54,652 bases of DNA. Source: Dehalococcoidales bacterium. GTDB lineage: Bacteria; Chloroflexota; Dehalococcoidia; Dehalococcoidales; RBG-16-60-22. A model generated the notes under the pieces. That model was not told where the DNA came from and made no database searches. It worked only from the letters and a program-made list of their open reading frames with translations. Location of the stretch: contig DAOULO010000050.1 of the NCBI GenBank assembly GCA_034420195.1, positions 1-54,652 on the forward strand, written 5' to 3'. Shown piece after piece: positions 42,856 through 52,136 of the stretch. The translations under genes were made by a program, and so were the position numbers. Each line of letters opens with the position of its first letter. Within the stretch, counting starts at the first letter, position 1.

Positions 42856-44121
42856 GTGGCGACCGACTTTCAGGAGATTGACGAGGGCACCGGCTACGTG
42901 GGTTTCGCCGCGGCCTTTGACCTGGTCAGTGCCAACGTGGGCACCGTCGGGGTGGAGCCGCTGCCCCTGAGTTCCGCCGCCGGTCGCATCGCCGCCGAAG
43001 ACCTGGTAGCGCGGGTGAGCTATCCCTCCTCCGACGTCTCCCTCAAGGACGGTTTCGCCGTCCGCGCGGCGGACGTGGCCCGCGCCTCCGTCCGGCGGCC
43101 GGTAAGGCTCAAGGTCATCGGCTCGGTCTTCGCCGGTGCCGGGTTTGCCGGGGGGGTGGTGCCGGGCCGCGCCGTCAAGATATACTCCGGCGCGCCGATA
43201 CCGCAGGGGGCGGAGGCGGTGGTATCCGAAGAATTATGCCAGGAATTATCCCCTGACGAGGTGAGTATCCGGGCCGATGCCGGGGTGGGACGGAACGTCC
43301 TCCGCGCCGGGGACGAGGTCAAGGAGGGGGCGGTTATCGTCCGCCGGGGGGAACGGCTGCTCCCCGGTACCCTGGGGCTGGCGGCCGCGGCCGGTATCAG
43401 CCGGGCGAGCGTCTACCGGCGGCCCCGGGTGGCCGTTATCGGCGTCGGTGATGAGGTGGTCGCCCCCGGCCAGGAACTGAGCCCCGGCCAGCTTTACGCC
43501 AGCAACCTGGTCACCATGGCGGCCTGGCTGACTTCCTTCGGCATCTCCAGTACCACCTCCGTGGTCAACGATAACAGCGGCGATATCAAGCGGGAGCTAC
43601 GGAAGCACCGGCCCGCCGCAGATGTCATCCTCACCAGCGGCGGCGCCTGGGGCAGCGAGCGTGACCTCGTCGTCGGGGTGCTGGCCGAGCTCGGCTGGCA
43701 GGAGATATTCCATCACGTGCGCATGGGGCCGGGCAAGGGCATCGCCTTCGGCCTCTGGGAGAGCAAGCCGGTATTCTGTCTGCCGGGCGGGCCGGCCTCT
43801 AACGAGATGGCCTTCCTCCAGCTGGCGCTGCCCGGCGTGCTGCGCCTGGGTGGGGATACCCGTCACCCCCTCCAGACGGTCTCCGCCCGGCTCACCGAGG
43901 GCCTCAAGGGCCGTCACCCCGCCTGGACGGAGTTCAAGGACGCCGTGCTGGCACGGGACGAGGCGGGTAATTATACCGTGGGTCTCTACCGGGGCCGGAG
44001 CCGTCTCCAGGCCATCGCCAGCGCCAACGGCCTTATCTGCATCCCGGAGGGGGCGACGACGCTGCGGCGCGGCAGGATTGTCCCCGTGCAGATTCTGGCA
44101 CCCCGCCCGGACGATATCTAA
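42856..44121 (+). CDS. moeA: Molybdopterin molybdotransferase MoeA
   Basis: 421 aa with a GTG start. The MoeA pattern is ...VSLKDGFAVRAADV...G.AVKI.SGAP.P.GA.AVV..E..., with the MoCF-binding block VAVIGVGDEVV.PG......GQLYASN and ILTSGGAWGSERD. Confidence 0.9.
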   Translation: MATDFQEIDEGTGYVGFAAAFDLVSANVGTVGVEPLPLSSAAGRIAAEDLVARVSYPSSDVSLKDGFAVRAADVARASVRRPVRLKVIGSVFAGAGFAGGVVPGRAVKIYSGAPIPQGAEAVVSEELCQELSPDEVSIRADAGVGRNVLRAGDEVKEGAVIVRRGERLLPGTLGLAAAAGISRASVYRRPRVAVIGVGDEVVAPGQELSPGQLYASNLVTMAAWLTSFGISSTTSVVNDNSGDIKRELRKHRPAADVILTSGGAWGSERDLVVGVLAELGWQEIFHHVRMGPGKGIAFGLWESKPVFCLPGGPASNEMAFLQLALPGVLRLGGDTRHPLQTVSARLTEGLKGRHPAWTEFKDAVLARDEAGNYTVGLYRGRSRLQAIASANGLICIPEGATTLRRGRIVPVQILAPRPDDI

Positions 44122-44171
44122 ACGTAAGTTTACCCCTCCGGCCTTTCCCGGCTGAATTTTCAGGAGAAAGA

Positions 44172-44201
44172 GAGAGCCCCCCGAAATTTCGGGGGGCTCT
44201 C
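44172..44201. terminator. Perfect 30-nt palindrome between convergent moeA and the surface protein 2 gene
   Basis: GAGAGCCCCCCGAAATTTCGGGGGGCTCTC has an 11-13 bp GC-rich stem. No strong T-run follows on either strand. Confidence 0.55.
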
Positions 44202-44242
44202 GAACCTTCCTCAGAAGGCTACGGTATTATCCCTTGTCGTTA

Positions 44243-47200
44243 CTAGACAGAGCGCCTAGTGCGGACAATCAGGATAATGACCGCAATCACCAGTACGGCA
44301 CCGATGACGATTATCACCCAGATGTAGGCCGGGGAAATCTCCTCGGTTGCAGGCGGCTGGAAGGTTACCTGGGTTGCCTGCGGTGCGGGCGGGATGGTAA
44401 TCGTGGGTGCGGGTACCTGCGTGATTACTACCGGAGGTGCAGCGGTCGGAGGTGTTGCCGCGCCAGAACCCGCGACACCAACCGTGGTGAAGGCTACGGT
44501 GGGCGCCCAGGTGTTGTTGGTGCCAGCACCGATGGCCCTTACCGTCCAGTAGTAGGTGGTGTTGTAGTCCAGGGTGTAGACGGCTGCCGTCAGCTTGTAG
44601 GCGTTGACAACACCCAGGGCGTTGGCGCCGGTGAGGTCAACCAGCAGGTTGGTCAACGCGGCGTCGGTGCCCAGCTTGAACTCGTAGCCGGTGGCGCCAG
44701 CGATGCTACCCCACTGGAAGGCGGGGTTGACATCGGCGTCCCAGCCGCCGTAGTTCGTGCCGCCCTCGAACGGGCCGAGGATGACCGGCGAGTTGACAAC
44801 CGCCGCTACCAGCTCGGTGTTGAAGGTGTAGGTCGAGGACCACGGGCCGAACACTGGCCACCGTACTCGTACCTGCCAGTAGACGGTCTGACCGTTGACG
44901 GGCAAGCGGGGGACTGCCAGTGGAGGTAGAGGAGCGGCAGCGATCACGACGACGGTGGGATCGAAGAGGATCGCCGAGTTAACGGGAACAGCCGAGAGGA
45001 AGTCGGCGCGGGTGTCGTAGCGCATCGTGTAGTTCCAGGCACCGGGGACAGCACTGAAGGTGAAGGTGACGGAGGCCTGGGTGTTGTCCACCACGCTGCC
45101 GACCGCCGGGGTGATGCCCGTCGGGGTGGCGGTGCACAGGGTGTCGGTGAAGGTGCGCACCAGGGAAACGTTGCGGGCAACGGCCCAGATGACGTCGCCG
45201 CCCTTGGTCATGACGGTCAGGGTATCACCGACAACGAGCAGGTCACCCCCGGTAACGAGCTCGACCAAGGCCGGGACCGGGACCAGCGGGTCAAGGATGC
45301 GGAGCATACCGCCAGCTATGGGAGTCGAGGCCGTGATGTCGGTGGCGTAGAGTGCGCCGCACGGGTCGGAAAAGATGTCCTGCGGCAACAGGTTGATGCC
45401 ACCGTCAATGGCGAAAACACCCCAGTTGGTGCTGATGCCTATCGTGGCGCGCCAGACGCCGGCCGCACCGTTATCCGCGGCGTAGATGGTGCTGTTGGTG
45501 GCGTAGTTGGTATCGAATTCAACGATACCTGCACCAACGTTACCGCCGGCACCGATGGCCAAACCACCAGCGACCGGGACGTAGCTGATGTTGCCGTTGG
45601 TGGAGAGGTAGACAACGTTGGCGGCCGAGGCGACCAGCAGGTGGCCGGTAGCCGTGTCAACCTTGATTTGGTTGACGGCACCACCAGCCACGATGGGCGT
45701 GGCGGCTACCTGCCAGGTCCAGCCGCCGGTGGTGGTGGACTGAACGTTGGTTGCCGCTGCGCCGCCGACGTAGATGGTGTACTGGTCTCTAACGGCGACA
45801 TCTCCGGGGCCTATCGGGCAGGAGCGTCCGGCCCAGGTGGCGCCGCCGTCGACGGAGATTTGGATGTTACCGGCGACCACTGCGGCGTTGATGTCGGCCA
45901 GGTAGACGGTCATATCCGTCGCGTAGTTGGGGGAGGGTCGGACGATACCGGTATTGCCGGCGAGAACAGCCGAGTATACGCGGTACCAGACAGCGCCGCC
46001 GTCGGTGCTCTTCCAGAGGCTATCCGCGCCACCAGCGCCGTCGTTGGTCAGCATGAAGATTTCGGTGGCGCTGACGGCCTGGATGTCGTTGATGCCGGCG
46101 GGGGCAACGATGAAGGTATCAATGAGGCCGGACTGGTAGAAGTTGGCGCCATTGTTATCGGAGATGGAAACGCCGCTGTTGAGGCCGGTCGTGCCGGCGT
46201 AGATGCGGCTGCTGGTAGCGTAGTCGTTGGCCGGGTAGACGTAGGTGCACTCACCGCCGACAGTAGCGCCGGTGGGCGGAGCCCAGGCGGCCGTGAAGGC
46301 AATGAAGACCGACGCAGGATTGGTCGAAACGTAGACCTGGGTGTTCGCGGCCGCGCCGGCAATCAGGCTGCCGGTGGCGCCCATGCCGACGAAGGCCAGG
46401 CTGGAGAACGTAGCATCGGCCACCAGGGTGGAGGGCTGAATCAGGGTGGGGCCGACCGCCGAGCCGACGGCCAGGCGGTAAAGCCTGTCATCGGGCTGGC
46501 CACTGCGCGCGGCCACGTAGACGGTGCGCGCCAGCGGCTGGCTGCCGTTGAAGTCGGACGGGATGGCCAGCTCAGCAGTGACGATGCCGGTACCAACCCC
46601 GCCAACATCAAGGATGGCGCCGGTCGGCGTGGCAATGGCCACGGCCGCGCCGATGGTGGCATCCCAGGCGGCGCCGGTGACCAGGGTGTGCACCGCGGTG
46701 CGCGCCGCCGTGGAGGCGACGCAGATGAGGGTGGCGTCAATGGGGAAGTTGGGCGAGTACATCACATCGGTGACATCCTCAGTACCGGCGAAGACAGCAT
46801 CGTAGCTTGCCCAGTTCTGCACGCCGCCGCGGCCCCAGATGAGGACATCGGGAAGAGCCGCGACACCGGCGAGCGGGTCGGCCAGGCCAAGGGCTATCTC
46901 GCCGACGCCGGCGTTATAGTTGGGAGAAACGGCCACCGAGGTGGCCAAGAGGCCAGCACCCCCGGTCCCGCCGAGGACGGCGAAAGTCGCACCCCAGTTG
47001 GTGGAGATGTAGACCTGAGCTAAGGGGGCGACGGTATTGCCCGCCACGATAACGGTGCCGTCAGTCGCGTAGCTGGGCGAAATCTCCAGGTCCACGATGT
47101 TGGCGGGAATCGCCACCGAGGGTATCCAGGTGACACCGCCGTCAATCGAGCGGTAGACGACGTCGGCCGCGGCCGGGTTGGTGTCGACGGCTAAGATATC

Positions 47201-47401
47201 GCCGTTGGGCGCTACCTTCACGAATGAGGCGTCAACACCAAGTGTTGCTGCTGTGAAGATCTGGAAGGTCAGAGGACTGGGGATTGCCTGAGTCGACCAG
47301 GCCAGCGTGGCGGCCGAGGCCGGTAAGGCTATGACGAGAAGACTGGCCAGCAGTATCAGCGCCAGACCAACGCCACAAAGTTTAACTAGTCTTTTTTTCA
47401 T
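44243..47401 (-). CDS. Large surface (S-layer-like) protein 2, paralogous in architecture to 39592-42771
   Basis: 1052 aa. The ATG follows AGGAGGAAAT. The signal peptide is MKKRLVKLCGVGLALILLASLLVIALPASAA. Asp-box motifs are SIDGGVTW, STNWGATF, SDNNGANF, STDGGAVW and SVDGGATW. Two stalk domains follow (...GQTVYWQVRV..GPWS..YTF.T; ...FQWGSIAGATGYEFKL...TTYYWTVRA...W...VAFTT). Then come a PT-rich linker, a TM helix (AYIWVIIVIGAVLVIAVIILIV) and RTRRSV. Confidence 0.8.
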   Translation of the reverse strand: MKKRLVKLCGVGLALILLASLLVIALPASAATLAWSTQAIPSPLTFQIFTAATLGVDASFVKVAPNGDILAVDTNPAAADVVYRSIDGGVTWIPSVAIPANIVDLEISPSYATDGTVIVAGNTVAPLAQVYISTNWGATFAVLGGTGGAGLLATSVAVSPNYNAGVGEIALGLADPLAGVAALPDVLIWGRGGVQNWASYDAVFAGTEDVTDVMYSPNFPIDATLICVASTAARTAVHTLVTGAAWDATIGAAVAIATPTGAILDVGGVGTGIVTAELAIPSDFNGSQPLARTVYVAARSGQPDDRLYRLAVGSAVGPTLIQPSTLVADATFSSLAFVGMGATGSLIAGAAANTQVYVSTNPASVFIAFTAAWAPPTGATVGGECTYVYPANDYATSSRIYAGTTGLNSGVSISDNNGANFYQSGLIDTFIVAPAGINDIQAVSATEIFMLTNDGAGGADSLWKSTDGGAVWYRVYSAVLAGNTGIVRPSPNYATDMTVYLADINAAVVAGNIQISVDGGATWAGRSCPIGPGDVAVRDQYTIYVGGAAATNVQSTTTGGWTWQVAATPIVAGGAVNQIKVDTATGHLLVASAANVVYLSTNGNISYVPVAGGLAIGAGGNVGAGIVEFDTNYATNSTIYAADNGAAGVWRATIGISTNWGVFAIDGGINLLPQDIFSDPCGALYATDITASTPIAGGMLRILDPLVPVPALVELVTGGDLLVVGDTLTVMTKGGDVIWAVARNVSLVRTFTDTLCTATPTGITPAVGSVVDNTQASVTFTFSAVPGAWNYTMRYDTRADFLSAVPVNSAILFDPTVVVIAAAPLPPLAVPRLPVNGQTVYWQVRVRWPVFGPWSSTYTFNTELVAAVVNSPVILGPFEGGTNYGGWDADVNPAFQWGSIAGATGYEFKLGTDAALTNLLVDLTGANALGVVNAYKLTAAVYTLDYNTTYYWTVRAIGAGTNNTWAPTVAFTTVGVAGSGAATPPTAAPPVVITQVPAPTITIPPAPQATQVTFQPPATEEISPAYIWVIIVIGAVLVIAVIILIVRTRRSV

Positions 47402-47616
47402 CGACCTTTAATTTCCTCCTATGTAAGTTTAGGTCTTTTAGGTCTTATGCCATATCCCCCCAAACAGCTACAAGATTCCTAGCGCTGTTCGCGGAGATAT
47501 ATTACCTTGGGTTTTCTTGGCGGAGCCCCTGGCTCCGTTCGCCCCAGCGGGCTGCGGACATACCACCACCTCCTTTCGAGGCATACCTTAAACAAAGTAT
47601 ACCAAATATCATAATA

Positions 47617-47644
47617 ACTATAGCATAAACCAGCGGTTTGTCAA
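47617..47644 (-). promoter_or_regulatory. Candidate strong promoter of surface protein 2, implying a 5' leader of about 200 nt
   Basis: On the minus strand, TTGACA (47644-47639), a 16-nt spacer ending in TGC, and TATAGT (47622-47617). It sits in a 420-bp AT-rich intergenic region. Confidence 0.4.
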
Positions 47645-47820
47645 GGTCTCCGGTACGTGTAGTTTTACATAATTATATAAAATTTGTATAATTTTGTGTA
47701 TTTTAGTGAAGAAAACACCCTCTAGGATACAGTTTCTTATTATAGTATAACGTTCCAGGTGTTAAAAAGCTAGGAAAAACTGGTACTATCGTCACAATTT
47801 CGTCACCTAACGGGCGGGGG

Positions 47821-49086
47821 CTAGCCGGCCAGCCGCTCGGGCAGCTCGCCCAGGGGCAGGCTCTCCTGACTGGCGGCGGCCATGTCCCGCAGGGTGGCCG
47901 TACCCGTCCGCACCTCGTCCTCCCCGATAATCACGGCGAAGCGCGTCCCCAGCGAGTTGGCCTGGCGCAGCTGGGCCTTGAGGCTTTTATCGCCGGCGGC
48001 CGTAACCACGCTGATGCCTGCCTCCCGCAGGCGCGCCGCCAGTGCTAACCCCTCGTCGCGGGCGGCCTCGCCCAGGCAGGCGATGAAGACCCGGGGCGGG
48101 GGTGGGGCGGGCACGGCGACGCCGGCTTTCTTCAAGTTCAGGATTATCCGCTCGATGCCGGCGGCAAAACCAATGGCCGGGGTGGGCTTGCCCCCCAGCT
48201 CCTCGATGAGGTCGTCGTAGCGGCCGCCGCCCCCCAGCGTGCTCTGGCCGCCCTCTTCGCGCGGCTGCACCTCAAAGACGGTGCGGGTATAGTAATCCAG
48301 ACCGCGCACCAGCCGGTGGTTTACCTGGAAAGGAATATCCAGCCGCTTGAGGTATTTCTGCAGGCTGGCGAAGTGCGCGTCGCAGGCCGGGCAGAGGTGG
48401 TCGGCGTAGTGCGGGGCGTCCCCGGCCATCTCCTGGCAGGCCGCCTGCTTGCAGTCCAGCAGGCGCAGGGGGTTTTTCTCAAGCCGCGTCCGGCAGTCCG
48501 GGCAGAGCCGGGCGGTGTGGGCGGCGTAGTAGTCGGTCAGGGCGGCCAGATAACCCGGGCGGCAGGCCCGGCAGCCGATGCTGTTGATTTGCAGTGTGAT
48601 ATCCTTAAGCCCCAGGGTCTTATAGAAGCTCCAGGCCATGCCGATAATCTCGGCATCAAGAATGGGGTCTCCCTCCCCGATGGCCTCGGCGCCGAACTGG
48701 TAGTGCTGGCGGTAGCGGCCCGCCTGGGGGCGGTCGTAGCGGAAGATGGGCGAGATATAATAGAGCCGCACCGGCTGGGGGAGGTTGGCCATGCCGTGCT
48801 GGAGATAGGCCCGGCAGACCGCCGGCGTGCCTTCCGGCTTGAGGGTGAGGGAGTTGCCGCCCCGGTCGTCGAAGGTATACATCTCCTTCTGGACGAGGTC
48901 GGTGTACTCCCCGGCGCTGCGGCGGAAAAGCCCGGTATCCTCGAAGATGGGGGTATCGAGGCGCTGGTAGCCGTAGCGGCGGCTTACCTCGGCGGCCACC
49001 TGCTCCACGTAGCGCCAGTAGGGCTGCTCCTCCGGCAGGATATCGGCCGTCCCGCGCGCGGCCTGGTAAGGTTTTTCCTTGGTCAT
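47821..49086 (-). CDS. hisS: Histidine--tRNA ligase
   Basis: 421 aa. Class II motifs are ...YYISPIFRYDRPQAGRYRQHYQFGAE... and ...LGGGGRYDDLIE..GG...PA.GFA.G.ERI. An anticodon-binding C-terminal domain follows. Confidence 0.95.
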   Translation of the reverse strand: MTKEKPYQAARGTADILPEEQPYWRYVEQVAAEVSRRYGYQRLDTPIFEDTGLFRRSAGEYTDLVQKEMYTFDDRGGNSLTLKPEGTPAVCRAYLQHGMANLPQPVRLYYISPIFRYDRPQAGRYRQHYQFGAEAIGEGDPILDAEIIGMAWSFYKTLGLKDITLQINSIGCRACRPGYLAALTDYYAAHTARLCPDCRTRLEKNPLRLLDCKQAACQEMAGDAPHYADHLCPACDAHFASLQKYLKRLDIPFQVNHRLVRGLDYYTRTVFEVQPREEGGQSTLGGGGRYDDLIEELGGKPTPAIGFAAGIERIILNLKKAGVAVPAPPPPRVFIACLGEAARDEGLALAARLREAGISVVTAAGDKSLKAQLRQANSLGTRFAVIIGEDEVRTGTATLRDMAAASQESLPLGELPERLAG

Positions 49087-49132
49087 TCTTAAGGCTAGAA
49101 TACAGTATTTATTGCGGGTATGTAAAGAGAGA

Positions 49133-49270
49133 GGGGAAAATCCCCCTCCGCCCCGCCCCGTTCGGAGTAATCTATTCCCGCCCAGGCCCCGCCTGCGCTA
49201 AGGCTCTGGCGGGTAAACTGCCCTCGGCACATCCGCGGCTTAGCCCGTGGGTAGGGATAAAGGGGGTGAG
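49133..49270 (+). repeat. Family-A REP/BIME-like unit (solo, long variant)
   Basis: GGGGAAAATCCCCCTCCGCCCCGCCCC..TAATCTATTCCCGCCCAGGCCCCGCCTGCGCTAAGGCTCTGGCGGG..CCCTCGGCACATCCGCGGCTTAGCCCGTGGG..AAAGGGGGTGAGG. It aligns with 13078-13158. Confidence 0.8.
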
Positions 49271-49392
49271 GCAGCACCGAAATTTAGGCGGCGTTTTACA
49301 CCCCTGCCCTTTTGGGCTATACTAAAGACACATCCTACTTTATGAAAACAAAAGAAAGCAATATCTCTATTTCCGGCTTGGGGCGGGATGTC

Positions 49393-51612
49393 ATGGAACT
49401 GAGCAGGCTGCTGGAAAAGGCCGGGGAATATCTCCCCCCGGACAAGCTCCCCGTTATTGAGGAGGCGTATAATTTTGCCGCCGCCAAGCACGCCGGACAG
49501 ACGCGCCTCTCCGGCGAGCCTTACATCGAGCACCCCGTGCAGACGGCCTATATCCTGGCCGAGCTCCAGCTGGACGCCAGCTCTTTGGCCGCGGCGTTGC
49601 TGCACGACATCCCCGAGGATACCGGCCTGCCCCTGGCCGATATCGAGGCCAAGTTCGGGCCGGAGATAGCCAAGCTCGTCGACGGCGTCACCAAGCTGGG
49701 CAAGGTCTCGCTGGCCCCCTCCGGTACCGGCACCGCGCAGGCGGAGAACATCCGCAAGATGCTGGTATCCATGGCCGAAGACATCCGCGTCGTCTTCATC
49801 AAGCTGGCCGACCGGCTGCACAACATGCGCACCCTGGACGCCCTCCCCAAGGAGCGCCAGCGCGTCAATGCCCGCGAGACGCTGGAAATCTTCGCCCCGC
49901 TGGCCCACCGCCTGGGAATCTGGGAGCTCAAGTGGCAGCTGGAAGACCTCTCCTTCCACTACCTCCAGCCGCAGGAGTACCAGCGCATCGTGCGGCTGGT
50001 GGACACCCGGCGCAACCAGCGGGAGAAGTTCATCGCCCAGGCCATCGACATAATTAAAAAAGAGTTCGACAAGGTTGGCATCGTCGCCGATATCTCGGGG
50101 CGTCCCAAGCACATCTACAGCATCCATCAGAAGATGGAAAAGTACGCCGCGATAGGGCGGCACTTCGACGAGATATACGACCTCCTGGCGCTGCGGGTGC
50201 TGGTCGGTAACGTCCAGGACTGTTACAGCGCCATCGGCATCATCCACTCGCTCTGGCATCCCCTGCCCGATGCCTTCGACGACTACATCGCCAATTCCAA
50301 GGCCAACGGCTACCAGGCGCTGCACACGGCGGTGATGGCCTTCGGCAAGACGCCCCTGGAGATACAGATACGCACCCACGACATGCACCACGTCGCCGAG
50401 TACGGGGTGGCCGCCCACTGGCGCTATAAAGAGGGCGGCAAGCCGGACATGCAGTTCGAAGATAGAGTCGCCTGGCTGCGCCAGCTCATCGACTGGCACC
50501 GCGAGGTGGCCGGCGCCGAGGAGTTCCTGGAATCGGTCAAGACGGACATCTTCATCGACCAGGTCTTTGTCTACACCCCCGGCGGCGAAATCAAAGACCT
50601 GCCCCGCGGCGCCACGCCGCTGGACTTCGCCTACCGCGTCCATACCGACCTGGGCCACCGCTGCGTGGGGGCCAAGGTCAACGGCAAGCTGGTGCCCTTC
50701 AACTACGAGCTCAAGAACGGCGACATCGTCGAGGTTATCGCCGCCAAGGGCAACCGCGGCCCCTCGCTCGACTGGCTCAACCCCACTTTGGGCTACGTCC
50801 ATACCTCCCACGCCAAGACCAAGATACGGCAGTGGTTCAACAAGCAGGAGCGGACGGAGAACATCGAGCGCGGCCGCCAGATTATGGATAAGGAGCTCAA
50901 GCGCCTGGGCATCCAGACGGAGCGCCCCGCCCTGGCCGAGCTGTTTGGCTACAGCAACCTGGACGACTTCCTGGCGGCGGTCGGCAACGGCACCATCACC
51001 GCCCATCAAATCGTCATCAAGCTGGCCACGCAGGAAGACGAGGAAAAAGCGCAGGAGGAAGTGGCCACCGCCGCGCCCCGGGTCACCCCCACGACGGTGC
51101 GGGTGCTGGGGGTCGGCGACCTGGTCACCTCCATCGCCCGCTGCTGTCACCCCGTCCCCGGCGATAAAATCATCGGCTACATCACCCGCTCGCGCGGGGT
51201 GAGCATCCACCGTGCCGACTGCCCCAACGTGGCCAACGAGGACGAGAAAGAGCGGCTCATCCCGGTGGAGTGGGGCCAGGGCGACGACTACTACCCGGTC
51301 AACGTTCAGGTGGAGGCCTGGGACCGGGTGGGCCTGGTGCGCGACGTGAGCACCGCCGTCGCCGAGGAGGGGGTCAACATCACCTCGGTCAACCTGGCCC
51401 GCGGCGATGGCCAGGCCATTACCGTATTTCTCACCCTGGAAATCAAGGGCCTGGCCCAGCTGAGCCAGATTGTCAAAAGAATCGACGCCGTCAAGGGCGT
51501 CATCAGTGTGAGCCGCCTGGGCGACGAGGCTTCCAAACCGGGAGCTGCCCCGAAACCGCCCCGCAAAGGCGGCGGCGGCTCGACAGAAAAAATTAGTGGA
51601 GGTAAATCTTGA
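49393..51612 (+). CDS. rel: Bifunctional (p)ppGpp synthetase/hydrolase (RelA/SpoT homologue)
   Basis: I trimmed the ORF to the ATG at 49393 (MELSRLLEKA...). The HD domain is HPVQTA.ILAEL..D...L.AALLHDIPEDT. The synthetase blocks are GRPKHIYSIHQKM and YDLLALRV. TGS (VFVYTPGGEIKDLPRGATPLDFAY) and a C-terminal ACT-like domain follow. Confidence 0.93.
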   Translation: MELSRLLEKAGEYLPPDKLPVIEEAYNFAAAKHAGQTRLSGEPYIEHPVQTAYILAELQLDASSLAAALLHDIPEDTGLPLADIEAKFGPEIAKLVDGVTKLGKVSLAPSGTGTAQAENIRKMLVSMAEDIRVVFIKLADRLHNMRTLDALPKERQRVNARETLEIFAPLAHRLGIWELKWQLEDLSFHYLQPQEYQRIVRLVDTRRNQREKFIAQAIDIIKKEFDKVGIVADISGRPKHIYSIHQKMEKYAAIGRHFDEIYDLLALRVLVGNVQDCYSAIGIIHSLWHPLPDAFDDYIANSKANGYQALHTAVMAFGKTPLEIQIRTHDMHHVAEYGVAAHWRYKEGGKPDMQFEDRVAWLRQLIDWHREVAGAEEFLESVKTDIFIDQVFVYTPGGEIKDLPRGATPLDFAYRVHTDLGHRCVGAKVNGKLVPFNYELKNGDIVEVIAAKGNRGPSLDWLNPTLGYVHTSHAKTKIRQWFNKQERTENIERGRQIMDKELKRLGIQTERPALAELFGYSNLDDFLAAVGNGTITAHQIVIKLATQEDEEKAQEEVATAAPRVTPTTVRVLGVGDLVTSIARCCHPVPGDKIIGYITRSRGVSIHRADCPNVANEDEKERLIPVEWGQGDDYYPVNVQVEAWDRVGLVRDVSTAVAEEGVNITSVNLARGDGQAITVFLTLEIKGLAQLSQIVKRIDAVKGVISVSRLGDEASKPGAAPKPPRKGGGGSTEKISGGKS

Positions 51613-51902
51613 CGGGTAAATCAGCCGAAAAACAGACGCGGGTCGCCTCACGGCGGCAGCAGCGCAATAAGGCCGTCCGCAGCCAGGTGAAGACCAATAT
51701 CACCAAGGCGGAGAAGCTCATCTTTGACGGCGACCTCAAGGTGGCTCAGGCCGCCGTCACCGAGGCGGTCAGCTCCCTGGATAAAGCGGCGGAGAAGAAA
51801 ATACTCCACGCTAATAATGCCGCGCGGCGCAAGTCGCGGCTGCTGAAGAAGCTGAATGAGATAATCGCCGAGTCCAAGGCCCTGCCCGAGGCGGAAGAAT
51901 AG
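51609..51902 (+). CDS. rpsT: 30S ribosomal protein S20
   Basis: 97 aa with a TTG start that overlaps the rel stop by 4 nt. The sequence is ...KSAEKQTRVASRRQQRNKAVRSQVKTNITKAEKLI...A...V....SSLDKAAEKKILHANNAARRKSRL. Confidence 0.88.
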   Translation: MTGKSAEKQTRVASRRQQRNKAVRSQVKTNITKAEKLIFDGDLKVAQAAVTEAVSSLDKAAEKKILHANNAARRKSRLLKKLNEIIAESKALPEAEE

Positions 51903-51965
51903 CTAGACACAGCGGCCCCGTCATCCGAGGGGCCGCCCGGGCTGGCCTGACGGGTAAGGGCGGGG

Positions 51966-52109
51966 CTAGTCCGATGAGGGTATGGGGCGGGCTTCCTGGA
52001 CTTCCATGGGCTGGTCGCAGCAGGTAAGCTCGCCGGTACCGGCCTTGGTGCAGAGGGCTTCGGTATTACATTTTGAGCAGCGGTATCTTTTACCTAGTTG
52101 GCTGGCCAA
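51966..52109 (-). CDS. Desulforedoxin-like small protein 2 (not in the ORF track)
   Basis: My own translation from the TTG at 52109 (GGAGGA 6 nt upstream) gives MASQLGKRYRCSKCNTEALCTKAGTGELTCCDQPMEVQEARPIPSSD (47 aa). It has the same Cx2C-x15-CC spacing as its neighbour. Confidence 0.5.
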   Translation of the reverse strand: MASQLGKRYRCSKCNTEALCTKAGTGELTCCDQPMEVQEARPIPSSD

Positions 52110-52136
52110 TTGCTGTCCTCCTGCCTGATAGGCTGG

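Noticed and set aside
49087-49311. A possible T-box leader upstream of hisS
   Set aside because: The upstream region is largely a family-A repeat unit. I could not find a specifier-loop/T-box (AGAGA...UGGNACC-type) arrangement or a terminator/antiterminator pair.
49240-51651. 803-aa minus-strand ORF covering the whole rel gene
   Set aside because: It is an antisense shadow of the rel gene, which has strong motif support (HD, synthetase, TGS and ACT blocks on the plus strand). The minus-strand translation is repetitive G/D/V/L/A with no recognisable domain.
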